Under the pieces are notes generated by a model. The model did no database searches, was not told the DNA's origin, and saw nothing but the letters and a program-made list of their open reading frames with translations. From contig NW_026576274.1 of NCBI RefSeq assembly GCF_028641065.1, forward strand, positions 62,001 to 126,000: 64,000 bases of DNA. Reading direction: 5' to 3'. The DNA is from Leucoraja erinacea (Eukaryota). Below, in pieces: positions 12,780 through 24,634 of this stretch. How positions within the stretch are numbered: position 1 is the first letter of the stretch; every line of letters starts with the position of its first letter. Position numbers and translations under genes: made by a program.

Positions 12780-13711
12780 CTGACGGACCGAACAGTGAAC
12801 ATGATTTCGGTGGCCCAAAGACAGTCCACCAAAAAACAGTATGTGGTCTATATCAGGAAGTGGGAGGTGTATTGTCACAAAAACAGCATCACCTACAGAG
12901 CTATGAATATCCCGTCTGTTCTGGAATACCTGGCAGGCCTCCATTATGATGAGGGGCTCAGTTATAGTGCCATCAACTGCGCCAGAATTGCCCTATAAAT
13001 TTATCTATGGCAAGGAACAGAGCGTCACTCTGTTTGGACTCACCCACTGGTAACAAATCTTATGAGGGGATTTTTTAATACCAATCCTCCATGAACCAGG
13101 TAATCCCAAATATGGGATGTGAGTATTGTCATGAAGGTGCTCAGGAATTGGTCTCCAGCAACAACTCTGTCCCTACATAGACTGACATTAAAACAGTCAT
13201 GCTAATGGCATTGGTCACGGCACAAAGGGTAGTAATTACATAAATTAAGGCTGGACAACATGACTTCTACATCAGAAAATATTACGTTTCATATTTATGA
13301 ATTAGTAAAGCAGAACAGACAGGGATCAGCAAGCCTCAATATAGAATTTACGTCTTACCCAACAAATGATCGTCTCTGTATAGTAAGACATTTGTCGTTA
13401 TACATGGAGAAAACGAAAATCATCAGAGGCAATGAGAAGGAACTTTTATTCAGCCACAAGCAACCACATAAAAGACCATCTCAAGATGGCTGAAACAGGT
13501 TTTAACACAGTCTGGGGTGCATACTAATATTTTTAAATCTCATTCCACCAGGGCAGCAGCTACATCGGCAGCTATGCAGTTGGATGTACCAATGGACCAA
13601 ATCCTCAAGGCGGCAGGATGGTTAGGGGAAAAAACATTCCAACTATTTTATCATAAACCAGTCATGAGACCTGGAACGTTTGCAGAAACAATTTTAAGTT
13701 CTGTAATTTAA
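12780..13711 (+). pseudogene. DIRS tyrosine recombinase (disrupted)
   Basis: RQSTKKQY..W, LSYSAIN, ALVTAQR, HSTRAAATS, AAGW..TF..FY (R-H-R-W-Y catalytic set). Confidence 0.92.
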
Positions 13712-13994
13712 TTTACCACATAAATAATGTTGTATTAATAAATTTTATGGATTTCATTGTCGGATTTATCTCTAAATTATGTTGACACTATTCCTCCTAC
13801 AGTCGTTAAGGCAGATGTGATGCATGGACTCGTTTCCACGGCATGAAATCACAGAGCTTTGATATCTTCACGTAGTCACTCACGTGACTCCGAAGTAAAA
13901 TATTAAGGTTAAACGACAACTTACCAGTTGGAAGTTTGATCATAATTTTATGAGGAGTACGTTGAGGGAATACGTGCCCTCCGCTCCCACCCAT

Positions 13995-16900
13995 AATAAT
14001 AATAATAATAACTTTATTTGTTAAGCATCTTAAAAACAACCAAAGCTGACCAAAGTGCTGTACAGAAAAAAGAAAACAAGCAAGACATCATAAAACAGGC
14101 AGAACAACAGAACATACAACTAACACGAGGCGCATAAATTACATACAAAAATCCAAACAATAAATTAAAAAACATAAAACACAAGTACGAACAACGCAGC
14201 AAAACCAAGCAAATAAAGTTAATAAACAATTCAACACCTCACTGGTCTACAAAGGCCATGGAGAATAGATATGTCTTCAGGAGTGATTTAAAAACAGCTA
14301 GAGAAGGGGCCTGTTTAACGTGCAGAGGCAATTCATTCCACAATCTCGGAGCCGACACAGCAAAGGCACGGTCCCCTCTGAGCTTCCGCTTAGTCTTTGG
14401 CTCAATCAGGAGCAGCTGATCATCTGACCTGAGAGAGCGGGAGGGCGAATAAGGGTGAAGAAGCTCAGATAGGTAGGACGGGGCAAGACCACTTAGGGAT
14501 TTAAAAGTAAATAAAATAATTTTAAAACGAATCCTATACTGAATAGGCAGCCAGTGGAGAGAGGCCAAAAGGTGAGGAACATGATCATGCTTTCGTGTGC
14601 CAGTCAAGAGACGAACAGCTGCATTATGTACCATCTGGAGACGGGCGATGGAGGACCGACTAACCCCCAGATACAGTGCATTGCAGTAATCCAGCCGGGT
14701 GGTAACAAAGGCGTGGATTACCGTCTCAAAGTGCTGCCTTGACAAAATCGGCTTTATTTTTGCCAGCTGCCTCAGATGGAAAAAACCAGATTTAACAACA
14801 GCCCTTACCTGACAGTCAAATCTAAGCTCAGGGTCCACTTTAATCCCCAGGTTCGTGATGTTAGGTTTGAGATATGCAGACAAAGAGCCTAGATCAACAG
14901 GGGGGGCCCCAGAGGTGCCACCAAAGATCATTACCTCTGTCTTGTCATCATTAAATTTTAAAAAGTTCAGTGACATCCAGGCCTTTATGTCACTGAGACA
15001 CTCAAGCAAGAGGCCGACAGAGTGTACACCCCCTTTTCCCAGAGGCACATAAAGCTGACTGTCATCAGCATAAAAGTGGAATGAAATCCCGTGCTTCCTA
15101 AGGATGGAACCGAGTGGGAGCAGGTAGAGTGAAAAGAGGATAGGGCCAAGAACTGAGCCCTGTGGGACCCCCACACGAGAGAGGAGCTGAGGAGGATACA
15201 GAGTCCCCAAGGCTGACACAAAAAGTTCGATCAGCCAAGTACGACCTGAACCACCCCAGTGCTATGCCCCTGATACCCACCCACTGCTCCAAACGGGAGA
15301 TCCGAATTTCATGATCCACTGTGTCAAAGGCAGCTGACAAATCTAAAAGCACGAGGACAACACAGTCACCTTGATCAGTAGCCAAAAAAAATATCATTAA
15401 AAACCCTCAAAAGGGCCGATTCTGTGCTGTGCCGGGACTTAAAACCGGACTGGAAAACCTCCAAAACGTCATGTTCCTCCAAAAAGGCCATCAATTGCCT
15501 GTGCACGATCCTCTCTAGGACTTTTGATAAAAAAGGCAGTTTGGAGATAGGCCTGAAATTCCCAAGAACTGCAGGGTCAAGAGCAGGTTTCTTAATCAGG
15601 GGTTGTACTACTGCATGTTTAAAAAGCGCAGGAACAACACCCGAGGACAAACTGCTATTAACGACAGCGATGACAGATGGTCCTACAGTGGGCAACACCT
15701 CCTTAAACAGCCGAGGAGGAACAGCATCATTCGGAGAACCTGAGGGCTTTGAACGACCAACAATCTCATGCAAAAAGGAGAGAGACACCGGCTTAAAATG
15801 ATCAAATACAGCCGTGCATGGAACAGATACCGAGGGGTCATAAGCAGATGGTGGGATTAAAGCTCTAAGCATAGCGACCTTATCAACAAAAAAGCGGAGG
15901 AAGTTCTCACACACAGCAGGGGATGCCTCCATACAGACTGCCTGCGGGGCATTAAGAACTGTGTTAATGGTGTTAAACAAAACACGAGGGCTGCGGCAGT
16001 CAGAGAGGATAATACCTGAGAAATGTTTCCTCTTAGCAGCTTTCACAACTTTCTGATAATGACACCAACTCTCCCTCAACATTTGAAATGACACCTGCAG
16101 TTTGTCTTTCTTCCACTTCCGCTCAGCTCTACGACACTCGCGCCTGACAGCACGAGTCGTGTCATTCATCCAGGGCTCAAATTTAGTTTTAGGCTGCCTG
16201 AACTTCAATGGAGCCACAGTGTCCAAAACAGTCTGGCAGGTGGAGTGAAGCCATGAGCTAAGCTCCTCTGTATCACACACAGACTCAGGAACGATGGAGT
16301 TCAGAGCAAAAGCAGCCGAGAACTGAACAGCAGTGGAGGGGCTAACAACACGACAGTGCCGAGCAGGAGCGCGAGGTCGAACTGCAGTAGGTGCAATAAT
16401 AACCTCAAATAACACAGGCATATGGTCGGAAAACACGGCATCACAAATCACTAGATTAGAAACGGGCAAACCGTATGATAGAACAAGATCGAGTGTGTGA
16501 CCGTGCTCTTGTGTGGGTCCGGACACAGATTGGACAAGACTAAATGAATCAATGAGATTCAAAAAGTCCTTTGCCATAGGCTTTTCAGGACAACACACGT
16601 GAACATTAAAATCCCCTACAATAAGTACACGGTCATATCTAGGCATGATTTCAGCCAGGAAAATAGAAAAGTCATTTAAAAAGTCCTTATTATACTTTGG
16701 AGGCCGATAGACCAGAGCACACAACACTGTGTTAGAGCCAACCAGCTCAAACAAACTTAATTCAAAACTTGCTAAAGAGGATGAAAGCAATAGCTGTTTA
16801 CATTTAAAATGACTCCTAAAGACAGTAGCTAGTCCTCCACCTCTGCCCGACGTCCGCGGGGAGTTAAGATAGCAGCAATCAAGGGGTAACATCTCAGCAA

Positions 16901-17350
16901 AAGCGCTGGACTCACCAACACCCACCCAGCCATGTCTCAGTCACACAGAGGAGATCTAACCCTCTGGATTCAAAAAAATCTTTCAAAATAAAAGTCTTGT
17001 TCACCAGCGACCTAGCGTTCACCAGGGCAATCTTGACAGGAACAGGCTGGTCCACGGCGTCCGATGTCAGGGGAGCCCGGCACAAGGGCCGCAAGTTGAG
17101 GAGATTTAAACCACGCCTGCGGGGTCGAGGAGAGGAGGGGCCACAAGGGAGGAGCAGTTCTTCCGGGCCAACGGCAGGCAGCAGGCAGCAGCCATCAGGG
17201 TCCAACGAGCGTCGAGGAAGAATAAGAGAACGACCAATCCCAGTCCAGGAAGACGCAGGTAAACTCGCCAGACAAGCCTTCAGCCTCACCAACCGACCGC
17301 CGCGTGTACCCCGGCGACGTTTACGCTTACGCCGAGGAAGTGGAGCCAGG
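13995..17350 (-). mobile_element. L2-clade LINE with near-complete ORF2 (APE+RT), few frameshifts, TSD ACCCAT
   Basis: ORFs 17292, 16925, 15397 and 15219 join into [81 protein letters not shown]. (TTA)n tail; acccat at 13989-13994 and 17351-17356. Confidence 0.95.
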
Positions 17351-18216
17351 ACCCATGATCATATACTCAACTGGTATGTTCTTTCTCTAATCTTACTATG
17401 TTTAAGTCTTTACAGTTATCTGTGATTTCACACGGCCGCTTTGAAGAATACACGCATGCGTCCTGGCGGGGTTCTTCACATATTTCCTCAACGTACTCCT
17501 CATAAAATAATGATCAAACTTCCAACTGGTAAGTTTTCGTTTAATCTTACTATTAATGGAGGCATTTAACCAGCGCTTAACAGTGACACGCCCAGTACGG
17601 TCAGGACAATTCCGTGGCAGTGATGATTCTATTCTAGAAGAGTCGTCAGTCTTTGGTACGTTCGTCATCAAAGGTGTTGATTGCAGAGATGTGTAATGAA
17701 CCAATGCGTAGCCAAATACATTTCTGTTCAGGACTGGGGTCTCTTGGAGTGTTGGGTTGAGCTTATAGTAAGATAAGAGTCCAGGTAAGATTGCTTCTTG
17801 AGGCTGAGCGAGGGGGCATTGTGGTCTGAGGGGTTCTGTTGAACTAATTCCTCAACCTGTGGAAAAAACTCGCCTAGTCTAGCTTCAAACTACGCCGAGA
17901 GTTCGCCAAGGATTTGGGATTAAGTCGCCGAATGAAGGAAATTGATGGAACTCAAACAAATAACACGAAATGGAGAGTTGCGTCTTATAGATATTGAAAC
18001 AATATCTTCTTCTCTTAGACACAAAACAATCTCATCCTTGCTGGAACCGTGTCGCGCTCAATTTTCATGCCTCAGTATCGCCAGAATTCCCAGTCTTTGG
18101 AGATTCTCAATGAATTCACTGAACAATCTGTCACCGCTGGGATTTCACTAGGCCGATGTAAACTGTTTGTGCATAATTTCGAAAGTCTCTATTTTTAACT
18201 CTGTTCAAACTTCACC

Positions 18217-18245
18217 GTCCCAGTGGAGATGGCAAATTGTATAAA
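18217..18245 (+). promoter_or_regulatory. Putative core promoter of GPCR gene 1 (GTCCCAGTGGAGA motif + TATAAA)
   Basis: TATAAA at 18240, 87 nt before the ATG. Motif and spacing are identical in gene 2. Confidence 0.6.
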
Positions 18246-18326
18246 TTCTACGGGGATGTGCTGCCCCAGCGTTTCATTTCGAGGCATTAACTATAGAACG
18301 CAGGATTACGTCGCTGGGCAGATACA

Positions 18327-20146
18327 ATGCATGGGGAATATCTGCGCGTGGAGAAAGTCTTGTACATGATTATTGCTGCTGTTGGAGCACCTGGTAAGCG
18401 AGCGAACCAAATGTTATAATTCCCTGTTTTGAACGCTGTCCTTCTGATTCTGACCAGTGTATACGTTTGCCAACTGACGATCCCTGCACTAGAAGAAGTC
18501 AGTTGTATCACCCACTCATTTAAGTATGTTTGAAGTAAAGCTGTGAATGTTGTTGTTTTCAGACAGCTGATACTAACCCGTTTTTTTTTCACCGCTGGGA
18601 CCCACGAGACCGTTGTTCTACCTTCCAGGGGGTCATTGAACAGTCGTCCCAGTGCTCGGGACAGGCATTTCTATGGGATGCTGTGAGTGGAGGATACTAC
18701 TTTGTGTCTGACATTGAACAGAGTGAAACCGGGTGCCGCTATGGAGTCTGTCACAGTCAGTTTCATCCGCTAATTGGTCAATATGTGTAGTCAACACTGG
18801 AACCAATGGCCGCGGATCTACCGGCGTGTGTTGTTACCGAATTCAACTCACAATAGAATTAATCCGTTATTCTACTCTGCTGCCGGATTCTATGTAGTCT
18901 GTACCTTTTCTTTGCAGCCGTCCATGACCGCATCACATGTGGAGAACCAGGAGCCTACTTAAACATGGCCGGTCACGGTTAAGTCTGTGAAACCGGTCCC
19001 ATCAGAAACTATGAGCAGGTTTAACCATATACAGGACCATTCCGCCTATTGCAGGTCGTCGTTCCATCCACGCCCAACGCCATATCTCTTTCCTAAAGTA
19101 GACTGGTCGGGCACAGTCGAAGCCCTGATTGTGATTGTTAAACGCGGCGCTAGGCATCGACTCCAAAACTACCGATCTTTAGTTGAAAGTCCGTGTTCAG
19201 AAATGCCCAGTGTCCGTTCCCTTCTCTTTCCGCAGTGAATTTAGTAGCGATTATGATCCTGTCCCGGGGAAAGTGCGGCCTCTCCACCTGCACCACTCGC
19301 TACCTGGTGGCCATGGCAGCGGCGGATCTACTGGTCCTTCTCACCGAGGTAATTCTGTTTCGGATCCGAGCTCATTATTTCTATTGGAGTTTCTTGTCCA
19401 TCACCCCGGTGTGCAGTGCTATCATTGTAGTACTAAAGTTTGCAGCTACAGACTGTTCTGTCTGGTTCACCGTCGCTTTCACCTTTGATCGGTTTGTCGT
19501 CATTTGTTGCCAGAAGTTAAAAATTAAATATTGCACCGGGAAAACTGCAGCTGTGGTTCTGGCAACAACAGGCGTTCTGTTCTGTCTGAAAAACGTTCCC
19601 CGCTATTTCACACGGCAACCGCGCAGCATCATTGACAATGTGCCGTGGGGCTGTTCACTGACGAACAGTTATTACACTGAACCCGGTTGGGTGGCATTTG
19701 ACTGGTTCGATACAATTTTGACTCCGCTGCTCCCTTTCGCTGTAATCTTGCTACTCAACGTATTGACAATCCGGAACATTTTAGTAGCCAGTCGGGTACG
19801 GAAGGGGCTAAGGTGTCAGAGCAACGGAGAGAACCAAAATGACCCAGAGATGGAGAGCAGAAGGAGGTCTATGGTTTTACTCTTCACCATCTCCGGCAGC
19901 TTCATTATGCTGTGGCTGGCGAACGTTGTAGAATTCATCTATTATCAGATCTCAGGAACTGGAAATGATCGGAATGTTTCTGAATGGATATTTAATGATG
20001 TTGGGCTTTTGCTGAGGAATATCAGCTGCTGCACGAACACATTCATTTACGCCGTAACACAGTCCAAGTTTAGGGAGCAGGTGAAGGGCGCGGTGAAATA
20101 TCCGATCACATCAGTGCTTCGGGTCATTAATAAATCCGCACCCTGA
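18327..20146 (+). CDS. Class A GPCR, GPR139/GPR142-like, gene 1; exons 18327-18393 and 19236-20146; 325 aa
   Basis: Exon 1 MHGEYLRVEKVLYMIIAAVGAP|gtaagc joins by a phase-1 splice to ttccgcag|TGAAT (VNLVAI). Seven TM segments, AxADL, FTFDRF, ECL2 Cys, LLPF, NTFIY. Frame is open. Confidence 0.9.
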
Positions 20147-20284
20147 GCGCATCGCAATGGCGTTCGCCGTCTTTCCGGCCCGAGATCCGGCTCCTATTAT
20201 TCACCGCTGCATCTTTCAATTCTCAGTCTTGGGAGGATCATCCGATCCACCGTTCCGCTCCAGGAAGTCAAGCACGTCACAGCG

Positions 20285-20545
20285 TGTTCTGTCACATTTT
20301 CGAAATCGTCCCACATCCCTCCGCTGTGGGGTGTCGTCCGGGGGTAAACTCCATCCCGGGCCCAATCGTCCTATCTCCGTCTGCAGTGGGGATCGGGTTG
20401 TTGTAAGTCCTTCTCTGGGACCAGTCCTATCATCACCTTCCGCAATGGGGACCAGTGTGATGTAAACTATTCCCTGCGACCAACTGTCCCATCTCCGACC
20501 TGACTGGGGACAGGTCTGTGGTAAACTCAGCCCTCGTGTCAACTC
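20285..20545. repeat. Diverged ~60-bp tandem repeat downstream of gene 1
   Basis: gtaaactc...ccaatcgtcc..tctcc...gcagtgggg units at 20343, 20403, 20462 and 20521. Confidence 0.7.
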
Positions 20546-20913
20546 CGTCCACAGATTAGATCTTCCTCTTCAACGTGGTCTGCCCTGTGTAACAATCTCC
20601 GGAGTTATTGTTCAATCTCCCACTTGGATGTAGTCCGTCTGGTTTGCCCTTCCCCCAGCGACCACTGTCTGATCTCCGTTCTGATGGTAATTCACTTTTA
20701 CAATCTTACCCGACGCCGGGCGTCATTGAGTCCAGGCCCTAATCTAGACCTTATTCATCCGATACCGACACTTCATCACCTCTTGTTTCACCTGTTTATT
20801 TATCAGGTTTAACAGTGCGCAACACTCACATCTTCCTCCCCCAATCTCACACCTCCCTCGTGCCGCGAGTGCTTCTACTATGTCTGTACAATTAATAGGA
20901 TGATGATGATGAT

Positions 20914-21010
20914 TTATCTCAGCCCACCTCTACGGCAGAAGTGGATGTACCCGACGTACTGCGGCGGTTTCTCCCAAGCATACACTTCCTGGTCATTGAA
21001 TATCACCCAC
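20914..21010 (-). pseudogene. Orphan terminal exon of USP5/USP13-like deubiquitinase (copy 1, open frame)
   Basis: tctctccctcacag|G TGG translates as WVIFNDQEVYAWEKPPQYVGYIHFCRRGGLR*, versus the recalled USP5 C-terminus [30 protein letters not shown]. Confidence 0.8.
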
Positions 21011-21970
21011 CTGTGAGGGAGAGATGGACAGTGAGGGGGAGGGGAGAGGGGACGAAGGCAAAGAGAGAACTTTGTTACGGGTAGAGAGGGGAAGGATGGC
21101 GATGAGGGGTGAGAAGGAGGGTAGATATGGAAGTGGTGCGACAGGGAACGACGAAACGGGACGGTGTGATGGGTAGAAATGGAGAGCGGGGAGGTAAATC
21201 TGGCGCTGTGATGGAAAGGTGGGCAGGTGGACGGGAAAGAAATAATTCTAGAAGACTGGATAGAAGTCAGGAGAATGGGATTAAGAAGCCGGGTGAGTGT
21301 CAGTGTGCGTCTGTGTGTGAAGAAAGGGATAGAGGAGTGGAGCGAATAAGAGCCGGAGGATGTGGAGCGAAAGGGAAAAAGGAGTGTCACAGTCATTGAT
21401 CCACGCATCATGAAAGCTGGCCATTTGTCACAACTTTCTCACGCCGACCGAGATGCCCCATTTGCGCTATATTCCCATATTCCTGAAAACCTTCCCCATA
21501 TATGTAATTGTTCAAATAGCGTTCAAAAGATGTAGTAGGAGGGTGAGCTGCTGAAGTGGGAAGAGAGGGGAAGAGTAGCGGAGGGGACTGTAGGGAAACA
21601 GTTACGGAGCGCGGAGAATAGATTTGGAGCAGTGGAAGGGAGCGCCGGAGGTAGTGAGCGATAGGACTGGGACACAGGCGAGAGAGAGGGTCACTGGAGT
21701 GGGGTTAGTGGGCCGAGTGAAAGTAGGAATATTGGGAGAGCGATGGACGGGTGACATTGGTAGAGAGCGGCGCAGGAGCGGGTGGATCGGGATGGATGTC
21801 TGGCAATGGAAAGGGCAGAAATGGGGAAAAAAAGGGTGGGAGCAATGGGAAGAGAGTTCCGAATGGAGTGGGGGAATGAGGGCTGTTGTTGTGGGGAAAG
21901 AAGCAGGGGCGTAGCGGAGAGAGGATCGAAGCCGTGGGGTAGAATAGACCAGTGTGATGGGGAAAGGTGG
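21011..21970. repeat. Purine-rich low-complexity tract (pyrimidine-rich intron upstream of the USP5-like exon on -)
   Basis: Strong G/A skew on +, beginning directly at the splice acceptor. Confidence 0.65.
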
Positions 21971-22259
21971 ACCTGTTTCAAAGCAGTACCACTATATAAA
22001 ACTAAACTGCCTCCTGTAGCAATTGACTGATCTCTCAACCCCAGATGCGATCAGAAATTTGGATACATTTCCGGATCACAAAATAATGCAGACGTTGAAT
22101 TCTTGATCAAATTAAACGTGTCCGCATTAGGGTTTATCATTGGAGGTAACAGGACAGATGGCGTATGTGTTAATCCCCCTCAGCAGTCGCTACTGGCCCG
22201 TTGAGTTCTTCCAGAACATTGTTTTAGTTATGTCCTGGTTTCAGTTCCGAAGGTTCTCA

Positions 22260-22425
22260 GGATGCTTTCGAGAGAGAGCTGGATAAGGCTCTTTAAAATA
22301 GCGGAGTCAGGGGATATGGGGAGAACGGGGTACTGATTGGGGGTGATCAGCCATGATCACGTTGAATGGCGGTGCTGGCTCGAAGGGCCAAATGGCCTAC
22401 TGCTGCACCTATTGTCTATTGCCTA
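22260..22425 (+). mobile_element. CR1 3' terminal fragment
   Basis: gatcagccatgatcacgttgaatggcggtgctggctcgaagggcc...ctattgtctattg. Confidence 0.75.
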
Positions 22426-23379
22426 TTACCAATACAGCTCATCCCGTCTAAATCGTTAATATATATTGTGCGATAATTTTGCACTAATCTCGTTTGGGAC
22501 CTTGTCAAATACTTTTTGAAAGACCGCATGCACCACATCCACTGGCATTTCCTTATCCATTCTACTTGTTACATCATCAAAAAATTCCAAAATATTAGTC
22601 AAGCACGATTCTGCTTTCGTAAATCCATGCTGATCTCGTCACTGTTTTCCAAATGCGCTGCGATATCTTCTTTAAAATCGACTCCAGCATCTTCCCCGCT
22701 ACCGATGTGACGCTAATTGGTCTTGAATTTTCCGTTTTCTCCCTCCCTCCTTGCTTAAGATAGGCACAGAAAAATATAAAACAGCTCGTAAATCAGTGGT
22801 GAGTTTATCGAACATGTCGAATAATTAAAGGATTTCATCGAGGTATATCAGGAAACAGCATGAAGAGACTCAAAGTGCCTCAGTAAGCTTTAGTAACCAC
22901 AGCATTTTATATCATCATAACACAATGGTCACGTGGTATTGAAATAAACTATCATTAATCAACGCCTCTGGAACCTTTCATCTTTCTCTTTACCGGAGGT
23001 TAACCTTAACCTTACCTTTCCTGTGGTATTGAAAATCTCTCTCTCATATATCTAACACATAGATACCATAGATGCCAATATCCCAGTAGGGATAATTGAC
23101 TCGTGTTGATAAACGGGGCCCCCTCGTTAAAGAGGGTCCTTCGTTAATTTTGCAAAACATGCCTGCTGAACACAATGGAAAAGAAAAGATTTCATCGCAA
23201 AATTACAAAAGATAAGCACCTAGACAGAACAACGCCGGACTATTCACCCACTAATAGCTATGAAAACAGTGTTTTTAATCAGAATGTTTCAGCTTTAGCT
23301 TTTTTAAATAATTCTATGTTGGCCATATTCTTCCCATCATGCTCCCCCATTAAGTGTGCTCTTGGATTAACCATATTAA

Positions 23380-23490
23380 TCAATGCCATCCTCTTCCCTG
23401 TCGTGTGCTGGGGTAGCAGGGTGAAGGTCCCGGACGCCAATGATTTATGAAACTCATGAAGAAGGCGTGAGGGCGGAGTTTGGTTCATGG
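23380..23490 (+). mobile_element. Rex1/Babar LINE C-terminal fragment
   Basis: AILFPVVCWGSRVKVPDANDL..KLMKKA resembles the Rex1 post-RT motif. Confidence 0.55.
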
Positions 23491-23579
23491 GAGATAGTCT
23501 TGGAGGGTAGTATGCTGCGCAAAACTGCGAGAAATCATGGGCAATACCGCTCACCTCGTCCATGACACACTGGTCAGCC

Positions 23580-24130
23580 TGAGGAGTTTGCGCAACAGTT
23601 TGGACTAATAGCTGCCGCACCAAACGAGTTGACGTTGTCCTTAACTCTGCAATGCGCATTATCACAGGAACGCTTAAGTCAAAATATTTGCAGTGGCTCC
23701 CTATCCTCTCTCATATCGTCCCTCCCAGTATACGCACACGGGAGAGGATGTTGAAAGATTATGCACCATCAGGAACCCTGACCTTCCGATCCATGCTGAC
23801 TTGAACATTCTTCCCAACATGCGCCTGAAGTCCCGCAAACACTTCTGGTCTTCAGTCAAATCCCTGGGAAACTTCGTCTCCAAGACTGAGTGTGCAGAGC
23901 CTGGAAGGATGCCAACACCAACAACGGAGAGGTCATCACAGACCACACAGTGAAACCACCGGGATTTGCCTTCCATCGCAACAATGGCTAACCCTGAAAA
24001 GAACCCGCACCCTCCATGCAAGAACAGCGCATCAACGGCATAAGTGGGGGATGACTGACTGTCCTGCTTGTGACTACGGACATCCAGACCAGACCATTCC
24101 ACATATCGTGAATGACTGTCCTGCAGCATT
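23580..24130 (+). mobile_element. Vingi/Ingi-like non-LTR retrotransposon 3' ORF fragment
   Basis: CATVWTNSCRTKRVDVVLNSAMRIITGTLKSKYLQWLPILSHIVPPSIR and LPSQQWLTLKRTRT...HKWGMTDCPACDYGHPDQTIPHIVNDCP (C-terminal zinc knuckle). Confidence 0.65.
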
Positions 24131-24634
24131 ACAGGATGTATTTATAATATGAAAGGCATTTGTAAAAGGATGATTGAGAGGAAATGCAACTAAAATAAGC
24201 ACATGGATTTGAAGAGAATGCTGAGAATTGAGTTACCTACAGGCAGATAAGGGTTGGATTTGCCATCATGTTTAGCATAGATAAGGTTCCTGTTCCGGGG
24301 CTGCACTGCTCTGAGTTAAATGTTATATGTTCTGCTGATACATGTGGGTAGGTAAATGAATAGGAAAGCGCGCAAAAGTAGGCTACTGGGGGCCATGTTG
24401 TCATGCCCACCGACGTTCACCCGGGAGTAAGTAGGCGGAAAATGAGGATATTCGCCAGGTCGACAGTGACACTAATAAACCCGTTGCGTCACAGAATCAA
24501 ACGGGAGGGCTGGTCCCCTAACGCAATGTTCGACCTCTCCATCAATTTAAATATTGGTGGCCAGTTGGGGGGGGGGGGGTCTTTCTGGAGCGCTAGTATG
24601 GGTGTTGTGGGCTGTACGGACTGATTTCCATAAA

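Larger units (their letters stand above)
6110..17554 (+). mobile_element. Full-length degraded DIRS1-type tyrosine-recombinase retrotransposon with nested CR1 and L2
   Basis: Perfect 29-bp ITR core (6140-6168 / 17450-17478). ICR at 13865-13976 is complementary to both ends. gag, RT, RNase H, methyltransferase and YR motifs occur in canonical order. Confidence 0.92.

Noticed and set aside
19193-19235. ORF-track N-termini of the GPCRs (MFRNAQ.., MFGNTQ.., MFCFLL..)
   Set aside because: They are intronic acceptor sequence with non-ATG starts; the real starts are in upstream exon 1.
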